Source: Balanoglossus misakiensis (taxonomy: Eukaryota; Animalia; Hemichordata). Taken from it: a DNA stretch of 64,000 nt. A program made the position numbers and the translations under genes. Of this stretch, positions 51,501 through 64,000 are shown in pieces (positions within the stretch are counted from its first letter, which is position 1; each line of letters opens with the position of its first letter). Below the pieces are notes generated by a model, which was not told where the DNA came from, ran no database searches, and saw only the letters and a list, made by a program, of their open reading frames with translations. The stretch covers positions 3,970,156-4,034,155 of the forward strand of contig CM082588.2 of the NCBI GenBank assembly GCA_040954595.2, given 5' to 3'.

Positions 51501-54500
51501 TAAAAATACATTCTTTATTGTCATTTTGTCATATTTTGAGCTCATAAATGCCATGCGTACTTATCCGAAACTGTCTAATGTCTAGTGGGAGACGCGTCGA
51601 GGATGTTAAGTTGTCTGAGGGATTTGGATGTTCGGTTGCTGGAAAGCGTTGGCCAATGTTGAAATAAATGTGAAAAAATCGGCCCTTTTTATAGCACCTA
51701 CAATACATGTACGAAGCTATTCAGCAAAAACTACCTATCATATCTTTCAGGAGATTAGTCAAAATACATAGTATTTAGAACCACACTGCGTGAAAGTGTT
51801 TATGAATGGTACAAAATTAGATTACACATACCCGCCAGTATAAAATACACTATCGTCTTTTCCCATGTAGTAATTAACTTAGAATCAGCACGTAAAAAGC
51901 GACTGCTGCCTTAATCAGGTCCTAGGTAGCTTCCGACGTGGAATTAACAACCTCAAATGGATGACTTCACCATCCATTTCCGGGGGATAGCGTGCCTGCC
52001 TTCAGCCGACTGTGAAATAGTTCAAGCCTGTTCCGGAAATAGTTCTATGCATATAAAACACCGAACAGGTGACTTGCTTCATGTTGGAATTTGCAATATA
52101 TTCGGCTTTGTGTGAAGGTTTGCTGGTTCAGGCATGCGTGTGTACCACACTTTCTCGATGCCCAGTGAGAAAATTCTTCTCGTGGCCCAGTTTTCAAAGA
52201 AAATTTGGATTAAACGAATTAGGCAACTTGATACCGGCTCTGGTTTACATCATTGACTAAATTGGCGAACGTATGGTAAGCGCTAATGATTTGTCATATC
52301 ACTTCGCAAGAAACGTGTCCTGTTTTGGGGTTGAATTTTATGCTTTAATACTGAGCTTTATGCTTACAAGGCGATCTAGCGATGTACCCAAATGTAGTGC
52401 GTGGTTAAGTTGTCACATCCCATCGTCTTACATGTAGAATTTTGAGAAGCGAACGTACTATTGTCACTTTCTTCACATTAAAGGTACAAACTGTGAAGCT
52501 TGATCCATTGGTATTAAGGAAACTGTGTCACTTTGATTGGTTTTTATAGAACCATTCGGATACTATTTCTGTAGACGTACTTTTCAGGGTGTGAGTAAGG
52601 ACGGTTTCACTTTTTAGTATATGTTGGATAGTCTGGTCTACTCGAGATTGCCATAAAACGTCCTACAGGGAAGTTTCGGGTCAAAGGGCGGTGACAGTTT
52701 TACCGTTATCAGCATGATATCAAACAGCTGGTACCTAAGTGAAAAGTGGATAATGACAGAGTAGAAACCGTCCGAATTGAACGCTTCCTGATTGCCTGGC
52801 GGATGTTAATTAGTGATATATGAAAAGTGCTCGGACGAAGGACCAAATTATCTGGCAATAATGGACTTTTCATTCAAACACCATTTCCACGTTCTCTCCA
52901 CTCGTCATGATCAATTACGAGCCAAAAGGCTCTCGCGCCGGTCAATTTGCGTCTATTAGGTTACCGTGGAGACTTGGGAGGCGCAATAATCTATAGTAGG
53001 CGTACATGGCATTCCATACAAGTGTACGACATGCATGCCGACTGTGTTCTTCTTGTATTGATGATCTGTGAGATCAAATCCCGTGACGCGTCCGTGGGCG
53101 CACGTGCCTCCGTTTCGCCGAAGGCACAGTTTATCAAGTACACGGGTTAACGTTCCTGTAGCGCGAAGATAAGACAATGTAAAAACAATTACTGCACCAA
53201 TCAGATGACATGCAAACGTAGTTCCAACATGGTAGACGTATTTTCTGCTACAAGCATGTTTGATTGTGTATCAGATTTTACTGAGACGACGTGATCCCTG
53301 TGTCATATGTAAAATAGAGGGAGTTGTATTTTCTTCTGTGTACATGCACGCCATTTTCATTAATCGAATATAATTCCAGACACTTATCAACAATGACAAT
53401 GTATTCATAATATCAGTATGAGTGTGTGGTGACATTAAATGTCTGGTTTCTTTGTAATTTTCGGGGGGTTCATTGCAAAAAGCTCGCAGTATAATTGTGA
53501 CGCCGATATGCAAAGGTCAGGCAGGAACCATGGCAGTGGCCAATTATGCCATCATTAGGCATTCTTGAGGTTCCGGCGGTCGTAAAACGTCAATCTTATC
53601 AACGGCCACACGACGACTGTTACACACAGCGGATGAAGAGAAGCATGAGTTACTTTTTTTATGTTGGTAGACCTATCACGTTCTATTGGTTATGAATAAC
53701 ACAAGAGCCATTATTTCATTCTACTTTTACGGCCCATCAGTACGGGGGGCTGTCAGCCTAAATCAAATGAAGACCAACGCAAGCGCATGCATTTATCCCT
53801 GCATCTATATGTGGGCTTGAAGGACTACTTAGACTACTGAAATAATGTCCGGAAAACAGACGAAGTCTACTTCTGTGTATATCAAGTAACACTGCGTCGG
53901 AACTGGTTGATTTGGCTTATTTGTGTCTAAATGCATTGCTGCAGTTTTCCGCCGAAAATTTCGTTAGATTCGCCTTGTCAGCTCATGAGCACTATGAAAG
54001 CGGGCCGCGGCGCTTAGCCTGGGGTTATTTCGTGTATTTTAAGTCGCATTAGGTTTCACGTCAATTATGGGCGGCTGGACGTGCACGCGAATGCTTTTCC
54101 TTGTGAGCTACTCAATGTTCACACTTGGCCACCATGCAAATCTATACAAAGCACACACTGGCATAGTCAATTCCACGAAAGAAAGATATATTTACCTCCG
54201 GCCAAACGACAACGAAGTGAAGTCAGGCGTTTCGAAAATAGTAAGCGCAACCTGCCCCACATGTGACACCCCCCATTAATCAATCTCTAAATCAAAAGCG
54301 GAAGCAGTCAAAATCTAAAGACAAATGTCACCGATAACATCGGTGATCATTTACTTCGGAGATACATTGTACATATCTAACTCACGACCCCTGTCGAAAG
54401 TGCGTTTGAAGTCAGAAACAAGGTTTGGATTCAAAATTGATGAAAGTTGCAACCATGTCTCTAGTTATGCACTAGAAAGGTGAGCAGCAGAGTACAAATC

Positions 54501-57500
54501 TCCAGATATGAAACAGAAGTAGCTAGTTCTGTAGTTCCGTTAACATTGTGAAGTTTTCGCATGGTGTGGCCTCGACCACTGTTCACAAAGAGGCACATCA
54601 CAACATGCCTTGTTACAATTGACCATAGTACATCACACGCCTCGGAGTTATACATGCATCTATACATATACGCACGCTTCTTTAATCTCGTTTGCCTTCA
54701 GGGAAAAACCAAGCGTTTAATAGAAATATAAGTCTTAGGTTTTAGAGATGGATTATCGGAATAAGATATGCAGTCATTCAGTCGTCGTTGGGGTAAAGGT
54801 CTAGCTCGCTTCCCCTATGGCTTCGTTTTTCCCTTTGCGTCGGAACTGTAAATTATTTCAACTATAATGGCAAGGTAAACTACATTCTGTCTGGTTATTA
54901 CCGAGTACGGATTAGGCTAAAGCTTACTTTTGCGAAACACGGGAGGGGGGAGGGGCGTCAAGAGACTCCATCGTAAATTATACATATTGGGAAATAAGGT
55001 ACAATATTAGGGTCGGCATGTTCTTAGCGAGAAATGCTTTAGAAAGTACAAGACGTGGTACCAGCGGCCTCCGAGTCACAATTCACAAAGACTCGCTCCG
55101 TTTTATAAACCCTAGACTTAAATATTATAGTGGGCGCTTGTAAAGAGATTATCACATCATTGTTTGGTGTGATATATCAATAAATACGTGAAGATTATGA
55201 ATGTACCATGCAAGATTAATATAAGCCTGCATTTTGCCAACTCCTACGACTGTACGATTCAAGATTTATGAAAAAAGGTTTCCTAGTATTGAGGAGGCTG
55301 CTAAAGATTGAATTTCGGTCTTGGCGGTGTTGGGTCCTTATGGATATTAATGATCGAAATGTTCAAAATTTAAATACTAAATGTTTGAAGATAACTTCTT
55401 TTTCAATTCTACATGCACTTCGCCCTTCCCTGTATTCTGTAAAGCAAATGATACTGACGTATGCCGTCTTCTCTGTTCTCTCATGTTGAGACAGTCGTCT
55501 ATTTCATGGCGTCACTATCAAATTCACCGCGAATTAGACCGCCACCGGCGATGTCGTTATTCAAGAAAGAATATCAGCTGAATATACAATATTTCAAAGG
55601 TCAATGACCCCTTGCTTTTCATTCTGATCAAGGCAATTTTCACTGATATTATTTGCTGATTAGACTCATGGAGACCAGCATGCAACAGTGCACGTTGTCC
55701 AACTTTGTTTTCAACTCAACACGTACATAATTTGTAAGCGGACCAATGAACGGTTGGTTAACTTAAGGGTCCATATGCCTTTATCTGAACTGATTTCAGG
55801 CTATTTCACCAGAATGAATAATGAACATAATGCAATAATTAAGCTGTAAAATTGAATTCGCATGTGTGTGATTTCTTGTTCAGCTCGATGCATAATTAAC
55901 CAAATGCAATGAGAGGCTGAATAGTGATATTTATGTGTGAGTCTATCTGTGAGTGGATATTCAGCGAAAATTGGATTCTGGTTACCACGCCACTGGAGAT
56001 GTGCCATCCGTTGGGAGAGAGAGACATAACATTAGTTACAATCATTAAATGTTAGGGTTTTGACCCAGTGTGAAGGACGGAGATTTATAGAAGCGATATT
56101 CAATCATTCTTATCGTCGTCATCATCATCATGATCACGAGATGGGTTGATAATAACATTGGAAATGTCGCCCATGGTCACAAAGGTTACATTGTATGATG
56201 TTTCCAAAAATGTAATCGATTCCACAGGGGTCGTAGCACATGCTACTGTACTTTGATCACTGACAGAGTTTGATCTCAACTATGATCTTGTAAATATCAA
56301 TAGGCAGATTTATGTGATCCAGGCGAATATTTATGGCAGTTCTTCCCAGGTGATAGGAATAATGCGAGTGGTTTTGTGTCCAGTGAACCGTGTCTACATA
56401 TCATATCAGTTCCATAAACGATAAGATCACGTGACAAGGCATTGTACATCCAATCAATTATTAAACAGCCAATCACCTGTGCCCTTCAAGAGATGAATGG
56501 ACATCGAGAGCGACTTTATTCCATAGTCTGTCATCGCTCAAAGTAACAGATTATCATCCATATATGTGACAGGCGCTTAGCACTGACTTCCAACCTTGAC
56601 CGTGTATTTATCATCTGCAGATTAATCGTTCTGGGAGCACATCGCTGACATCAATAATTTACCCGGTGCAGGTAGAGCTTAGGTTTAAACCCGGCAACTT
56701 CTTTGATATACTGTAGGTTTGGTTAACTGTGAGCTCTTCATGATTTGTCTCGACTATCTGCTTATTAACAGGAAAGGTCAAATTTTCTGAAATGAAAGTT
56801 CTTGCCAATGCAGTCATGGCTCAGAGGTTTCGCGTAAGTTAAAGCTTGATCCTTTGCTATTTACAGGTTGCGTGCTGACAAGCGTTGGGCCAATGTATAT
56901 GAAAGTGTTAAGCATATCCCATTCATCCTTATTCGTGATAAAACTGCGCGCGCCTTTCCCGATGTGCCAGTGATAGTCGCCGATTTCATGCCACATATTC
57001 CCATCGCAATCAATCCGAAGACGAACGATTCAATTCCTCTGAGTAATTTCTGCCCACTTCGTGACAACCTGATGAACTTTATGAACTCCCCCAACTCTGG
57101 AAAAAAAACATCTGTAAGTTTAGTCTCCTAAATTACCGGTTGTCGGAGGCTTAGACGAAGTCGTCATGAGCGCGCTATATTTCCCAAGTTTCCGAGGCTT
57201 AAATTACAATCTCGATGAGTATTATTCAACACTGACTTTCTGAAATTCCTTTTAAGTGTATTTGCCAACGACACACGTCTAATTTAGCTAATTCGTCCAC
57301 CAAGACAATTAGACTAATGTACTGGCAACGAAGTGTGGGCTGATCATTTCACGTGTGGAGGCTGTAATACAGCTGATCACGGCGTCGGGAAGATGGTTAC
57401 TTTTTTGTAATTATTTCAAATTACTCTCCAAGCAGGATACCGCATCTCAAATTACGACCGGCAAGCCTAAAAAGCGCTAGACCGTCTATCACTTAACTCG

Positions 57501-59119
57501 AAGCACGTTTAAACGATGTGTGAAAAATAAAGAACTACGAAGAAGACATTGGCATTCCTGTTCAGACGTTCTCGTTGAAATTTCTACACGCCCACCATTT
57601 CTGACAACACTTCAGTGAGGTATTTAGATAGATATAATGCATATCCACTAACCAACCAGTCAGGATGTAATATTATTGGCCGCGAATTGAGCAGTTAGAC
57701 AGATACTACATATATTGTGGTCCGAATATTACTAAGTTGTTAGATCCCATTAGTCAAAATTTTCATTAATAACTGGCTTTCCAATGCGGAAAGGGAACAT
57801 GATATTTAAATTGGCCTTGGTAAGATAACCATTTCCTTTTATATGCATTTTTGACAATGATCAACTAACTACAAGATAGATTTAGTTATTTTTGGTATTT
57901 GTGTTTTATGTGTCAACTGCATATCTCTCTGTCATCGTCTATGGTCCAAGGTAGAATTTTTTTCTGATCAACCTCCATGCACAGTGTCGAGAAATCATTT
58001 CATGGTACATGACCAGGTACACTTCTAATCAGTGAACTGGTTTGAGGAAAGTGGGTTGTGCACGTTGTTATGTAAAGACCCTGTGTTCATCGAACCGGCT
58101 ATAATTTGCATAGATGTGGTACAATTAAGAGATTTGCTGTTTGCGAAAGCAGCGCCATACATGTAGCCATACACTAGCAAATATAGACCCTCTCCGTCAC
58201 AACCACGCCTTTTGTCCGCCTCCAGTGTACATACACGCTTCTCACATTCATTAATCATGTATCGCGTCACCTCTTAGCTCACATCACGTGGGCGATATCT
58301 TCTCCACGTCATCGTGTGCGTATATATGCTTGGGGATGGTTTATCCGCATGGATACACCGTCCCCAAATTTGCCGAGTTGAATTATCTCCTTATCACGAA
58401 AATCGTCCCGGCTGACAAATGTTGCGTGAAAAACTGAGAGTTTGACGACCAAATTGAATCGACACCAAAGTTGTGTGTAAATAAAATAAAAACACGCCGC
58501 AGGCAAAGGCTTGAACTTTCCATTTCGGTTATCCACTTTGATACCTCTGAAAGTTGACGATGGCGCATTAAGGTCGATTTATTCAGCAGAACATTCAAGA
58601 ACGACTGACGCGTTCACATCTCACGCGCACCGTCGCGCGCTTCTGAATCCCCCCTGATCAGTCCGTACAAAAGACACACCACGGATGATAAAACATTCAA
58701 TTCCAAACTCCCCATCAGCACCCGTCTTCTTTGTATCTGTCCGTCTGAGAGCGGCTGTAACAACAGTCCGATTTCATTTTGACAATCTCATTGCAGAACG
58801 TCGACCGGATTGAATACGTAATCTGAATGATTACTACACTGTCAGATAATTTCTCAGTGGGTTTCGAAGTTAGTTTACCACATAAGGACCACTTAGAAAT
58901 GTAATCGTTTAGTGAATCAATATGGGTTAGACAACCCGAGGGGATTGATTATTTCTCCACGCAGTGGGTTAAATTTACCCGGGAAAGCGCAGTTAATTCC
59001 AATCATTTAATGACATTTCATTGACAAAGCAAAGGCATGCCCAACCACCCCAGTAAAACGTCAAAAATCGAAATTAATGCCAGATATCAAAAACTATATC
59101 CAAGAATATTTAACCTTTC

Positions 59120-59125
59120 TTTATT
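59120..59125 (-). terminator. Candidate polyadenylation signal of the ST8Sia-like gene
   Basis: AATAAA on - strand about 340 nt downstream of the stop codon. Confidence 0.4.
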
Positions 59126-59461
59126 TAACTTAATCTTCTATCAAATTAAAGTCACGATTCCAGGCGTGCTTTAAATTAAGATGCGTCATACAAAACAGAC
59201 GCTTTCAGAAATGTAAATTTTCAAATTATTATATAATTCTATATGCATGGAGAAAACCATGATGGCGCTCTCCATTTGTCGCACACCCCTCAAAAAATGT
59301 AGATGACCATTCTCGGGATTACTGAAAGGTAAATTCCCTTGCAAGTAAAACAACCACCATTAAAATGAATTCTATGATAGGTCTCTAATCTCTACTGTGA
59401 AACTTGACGAAAGAGTCTTGGAATTTTCCAAGCGCTATACTGTATTGATGCATGTGGCTTT

Positions 59462-61364
59462 TTAAGCGCATTTATTTCGAATGGAAGTGATTCCGCTATC
59501 GTGCAGGTTTTTCAGAATATCGCCGACATGATCCGTTGTAGACACATGCGCTGCACCATTCACGCCATTCTCCTTGTATGGACCGTCCTTCTGTGGCACT
59601 TCGGGTCGATTGTTTTTAGTTGTCATGTCAACTCCATATACTGCAACCTTGTCACAAAACAGCAGCGCCATCGTGGTCAGCATAAGTTCGGATCTTGATT
59701 CCGTTAAATCCCAAAACCTAGTGAGGAAAACATTATAATATATTTTGATTATTATTAATATGACAATAAATGGCATTAAAACGTTGTTGAATGCATGTAT
59801 GTTACTTACTCATTCACTTCCAACGGAAATGGTTTAAGAGGAGAGTAGGCCATCTTTAAATAGATATCATACGCTTGGCGCAACCGCATCACAACGAACC
59901 TCAGCTGTTGGCGTTGTTTGTCGGATTTTTGTATCCTCCAGGGATATAAAAATATTGTCCTGTTGAACACTTTGAGGCTATTCGGGTCCATCGTGCCAAT
60001 CTTTGGGTTGTTCTCCGTGAGGGCGTTGTAGAGTTTGGTCACAACGGACTTGTCTAACAAAATCAGGTCGCTCTTCCGGCCGATATCTCCGTATGTGTCA
60101 GTCCGCGGTTCCGGTAGGCTAGTCCGCACTACGAAAGGTGTTGAGTCGATTTCAAAGCCGCACTTTGAAGCCCTCAAGGCGGATTCACTGACGACGACAG
60201 CACAAGAACTCATGTTTTTCAGAGGGTGGGTTAAATTTGACAATTTCTGATACGATGAATCATGCACGACAACCTTGTCTTCATAGTTCTGAAGGAAATT
60301 AATCTGCGTGGACGGCACTTCCAGTTTGAAGATTCTGATATCCTTTTCTATGTAAATATTTTCGGATATGTTATACCTTTAAAATAGACAAGTAACATAC
60401 ACTCAGTTCAATCAATATAAATACGTCATACATTAACACGAATATCACAGCTAAAATGTTATTATATTGTTACGATTGTACTACGAATGCATATAATTTA
60501 AATATCAGTGGTGGATGAACAATAAGGGTGTACGTCATTAACATAGCGTTAGCTGTAGTAGCCGTACACCTGGGTATTTTGAATATTACGTAAGGGTTTT
60601 TGATTTTTTTGACAACGGCAGTCAAGTGGCGTGAGCCGAACAGAAAACAGACAAGGAGCACTCGGCCATGAGCGACGGGGACTGGGATCTTGTAATCCAC
60701 GTGGGAGCTCGGTGTTGAAGTTCAGCACGTCGTGACTGATTGTTCACCTTAATTCCAATAATGGTGAATCGAACTTCTTTCGCCGTTTCTCTGGTGCTTG
60801 CTGGACTTCCGGTCGGACGCGGACTGATACATCATGCATGTCAAGTCGATAATCGTGCACAGTTACTTCATCAATATGCTGTATCACGCCGTCTTGTCTG
60901 TATAGAACGAGGGCAAGGAAAACATCACACACTATGCATATGTACTGTAGACAATTTCAAAATGGCCTATCTACGCCGAAATAGTCATCATGGCGAGACC
61001 TACATGGACATACGTCAAAACTAATGGCTGAATTTGATCAAAGTTGTTTTTATTCTTCTTCTATGTGTGTTCCAGAACTACACCGTTTGTAGCAACCAAC
61101 ATGAAGATCAAAACGCCCTCACTTCCCTTATGAAGATTTGGTATGGCATGTACATGATTTTATTCAAGGTAGGCCTATATCTCTCTTATAAAGCAAAATT
61201 GTTACCAAGGTTTACCTCGAAATTCCTGTGTCATCATCAAGTTTGCCAGTAGATACTGGGTTGAAGATGTCCGGGGTAGCGAAAATTAAAATCGCCATCA
61301 TGACCAGCGGCAAAAATATGACAAAACAAATGCACTTCCTCCGCCCTCGGTAGCTCCAATGCAT
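59462..61364 (-). CDS. GT29 alpha-2,8-sialyltransferase (ST8Sia)-like type II membrane protein with degenerate sialylmotifs, 373 aa, 4 coding exons
   Basis: Exons on - strand: 61364-61216 (MHWSYRGRRKCICFVIFLPLVMMAILIFATP.., short basic tail + TM), 60897-60748 (stem), 60376-59810 and 59717-59462. All GT-AG, phase 2, total 1122 nt. Motif L-like: SCAVVVSESALRASKCGFEIDSTPFVVRTSLP..DIGRKSDL. Motif S-like: LMLTTMALLFCDKVAVYG. ST8Sia-type tail: LKNLHDSG...KCA*. Confidence 0.85.
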
Positions 61365-64000
61365 TGTAAGGATGTAGGAGATGTAGACAAGAAACGCTGT
61401 GGGGAAAATTGTGCGATTTTAACAGTGTCCTTTTGACTTAAGTACTGGACAGACCTCCATTTTTTCAACCATTGTTTGTGACTTACTAGTAGATCATACT
61501 CGCTAATTTTTATGCGAGTAAATTAATAGAACGCGTGAGTTGAAATTCGACAATTTCCCACTGAGTTGGATAGGCTTTCAACCGTTCCACCGAATACCTA
61601 TAGTCAGCATTTTTATCGCTCATTTGGGCGAAATGATCTTGAATTTGTGTCAGCGTTATACGGCATGGAGTCACGCGCAAGACACAAAGGGCCTTGGTAG
61701 TAAATAACCCACTGTAAACAATTTACCGCTGCGGCTATAACGGCACGCCGTATCAATTTGCACCTTTAAGGTACTTACTGAACTTAACATGGATTTACGC
61801 CCTCGCGTATTTGCCGGTAATGAACGAGACACGTTCTCCAGGTTCGTTGAAAGACTCAGAATGCGTGATAGGCGCCCTGAGAATAATTTGACTTGGCGAT
61901 GGTGACGAGATAACCATAAATGTTGTTCCTGTCAAACTTCACAAAGCAGTGCAGTTGACCTCCTTTGGTCCATTTACGTCGATTGGCACGGTCAATTCAA
62001 ATGACAAGTACATGTAATTCGTACAGTTAATGAGCCGGTGATAAAATGTACCACTCATTCATAACGACCTCGTTAATTGTATCATTTGCAACATACATCC
62101 GTGGGTTCACACTATGATCTGAAACATGGCATTAATTAGGCGCTGTGATATGTATTCATTTATTTATTTATTACCCATTTATTCCACTCCACTATATCAC
62201 GGTCATGATTTCTACACGTATCAACAACACTTAACATGCATAACATGCAATATGCGGTACGATCGGTGACGTCATGATATATCATAATTAAGTTTTGCTG
62301 TTTTGAATGTAATTTAATTTAAAATGTGCAGGGAGGTCTTTTGATAAATCCCTCGGCGCCTATCGTGAAATAACATACCCCCACTTTAGCGATGCCAACA
62401 GTCAAATTATATCGTGTCAGCCCGAGGACACTTAAACTGTTTTATCGACACCTACCTGCGAAGTCAGGATACGGAAGTTCGTGTACTTGTCCTCTCCAAT
62501 TTTCCACGAGAGGGTAGATACAAGTGCTGTTTTTGAAATGCTCAGTGAGAACCCCGATACATAAGACTCTTTGCGGACTAGCCAGTGGGAATGTGTTGTC
62601 CAGAGCTTGGCCACAGGCATCAGCGCTGGTGGGACAGTTGTTGGCTCTCGAGGACAACAACAACAATGATTCGCCTATAAGCAGAGTTACCAACGGACTC
62701 TGATAGCATTGTTAGCAGACAAAAGAGCCAGTCTGTGAGAGATTTTACTTCAACAATGTGGGCCCCGCCTGACCTTTCGGTTGCAATGAGAACGAATCAA
62801 GCAGAAAATACGGTCTGTCGCTGCTTGCCACAAAAGGTTTCCCGAAGAACTTGATACTTACACAATGATAGCATAAAGTCAAGACAAGTCCAAATTGATA
62901 TATGTTGCTCAATTGGCCAGATAAGTTCTTGTCACACATTCAATTCAAGTCTCGTTAGAAAAATTAATCTTGAAGTGTCTTCATCATTATGCAATAATGA
63001 CGTGAAATGACCACTGAGCGGAGTCCACATAAAAAGCGTTTGTCACAAGAAAAACGAAAGGGGGGTTCATCGTACCTGTAGATGACGCACCCAAGGAAAC
63101 TTTTCTGGCACTTGCAAGAGTTCTGTCGTAGGAATGTCAAGACGGTCGACGACGTTTGTGGTAAGGCCGCCGCCAACGACTGCTTTGAAAATGTCCACCC
63201 TTAACGTTTGGGGGAGAAGAGGTTCTTAAATAGGATTTTATACATGGGCCGACACCATAAAAACGAATGTTTTCCCTTGTATGACACCCAATTATACTTG
63301 TCTGTAATCAAAGGAACAATTCTTTGACATTGCAGACAAATTACTTTAGCTTGGCATATGCAGTGTGTAATTTATTGCCTCCACTGATAAATATACATAC
63401 ATGTATGTTGCCTACAATGATTCCTTGAAGCTTGAAATGAAGATTTATTATAAACTTCCCTGTTATTCCTTTCTCGTTGATTTAACGTCTGACGTCAGAG
63501 ATAACGTAACCTTGCTGCTATTTTTACCATCTTTGTATCAAAATCGTGAGGGAAAATTGTGTTTATTTACAGAGAGCCTGTGATTCAATTTGTGCGGGCG
63601 TCAGGCAGCCTGTTTGGTTTACCGTTAATTCTCTGTTCAGTATAAAATGAAGATGGTAGAATACAAAAATCCTGACCTAGAAATAACATTTTAAATGAGT
63701 CCATGTGCTTGTTAACGTAGCTTAGAAAGTTTATAGCTATGCCAAACATGTGTATCATTCTCTGAAGAAAACCTGGCCTACATAACGGGTCATTCGGTCG
63801 AGTATGCCGATCGGCGCCTTTCAATTATGCAGGGGTAGTTAGACATTGCTAAATAACTCGACTTCTTGCATTCACATATACCTTGAAATTTATGTCAACC
63901 ATATTGAAATAATTACGTACTCGCATTAGGCGGATGGCTGGACAACAGATCGTCAGATAAGACTGTACAATAAGATACAAAATGACTCAGGTTAAATAGA

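Noticed and set aside
60570-60700. Possible extra ST8Sia-like exon (ORF 60470-60700 with AG|gtgtac donor)
   Set aside because: No convincing acceptor, and exons 60897-60748 and 60376-59810 already join in frame.
2587-61364. Functional glycobiology cluster linking the lectin-mucin and the sialyltransferase-like gene
   Set aside because: They are 50 kb apart with an unrelated GPCR between them. Co-location alone is no evidence in a metazoan genome; conserved synteny or co-expression would be needed.

Overview
Eukaryotic, AT-rich, intron-containing genomic DNA. Gene content and repeat style suggest an invertebrate deuterostome, probably a hemichordate or echinoderm (inference). I reconstructed four protein-coding genes by hand from splice sites. 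(1) SYF2 splicing factor (+, 7 coding exons, 262-2234). (2) A 13-exon, ~1024-aa secreted mosaic protein (-, 8817-2587): signal peptide, CTL-Sushi-CTL-Sushi-CTL-CTL, a 26x9-aa Thr/Pro/Lys mucin repeat and a C-terminal PAN/apple domain; it ends tail-to-tail with SYF2 and the 3' UTRs probably overlap. (3) A bombesin/CCHamide-family peptide GPCR with an intronless CDS (-, 14363-13182). (4) A 4-exon, 373-aa type II membrane GT29/ST8Sia-like protein (-, 61364-59462) that keeps its structural cysteines but has heavily altered sialylmotifs, so it is a candidate pseudoenzyme. Between (3) and (4) lie about 44.5 kb with no recognisable CDS. This stretch holds a nested 93-bp minisatellite, three copies of a short TIR element, microsatellites and several TGACGTCA (CRE) palindromes. 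No CRISPR, rRNA or tRNA was seen, and I found no convincing new multi-gene system. The best leads are the mosaic lectin-mucin, the degenerate sialyltransferase and the GPCR.
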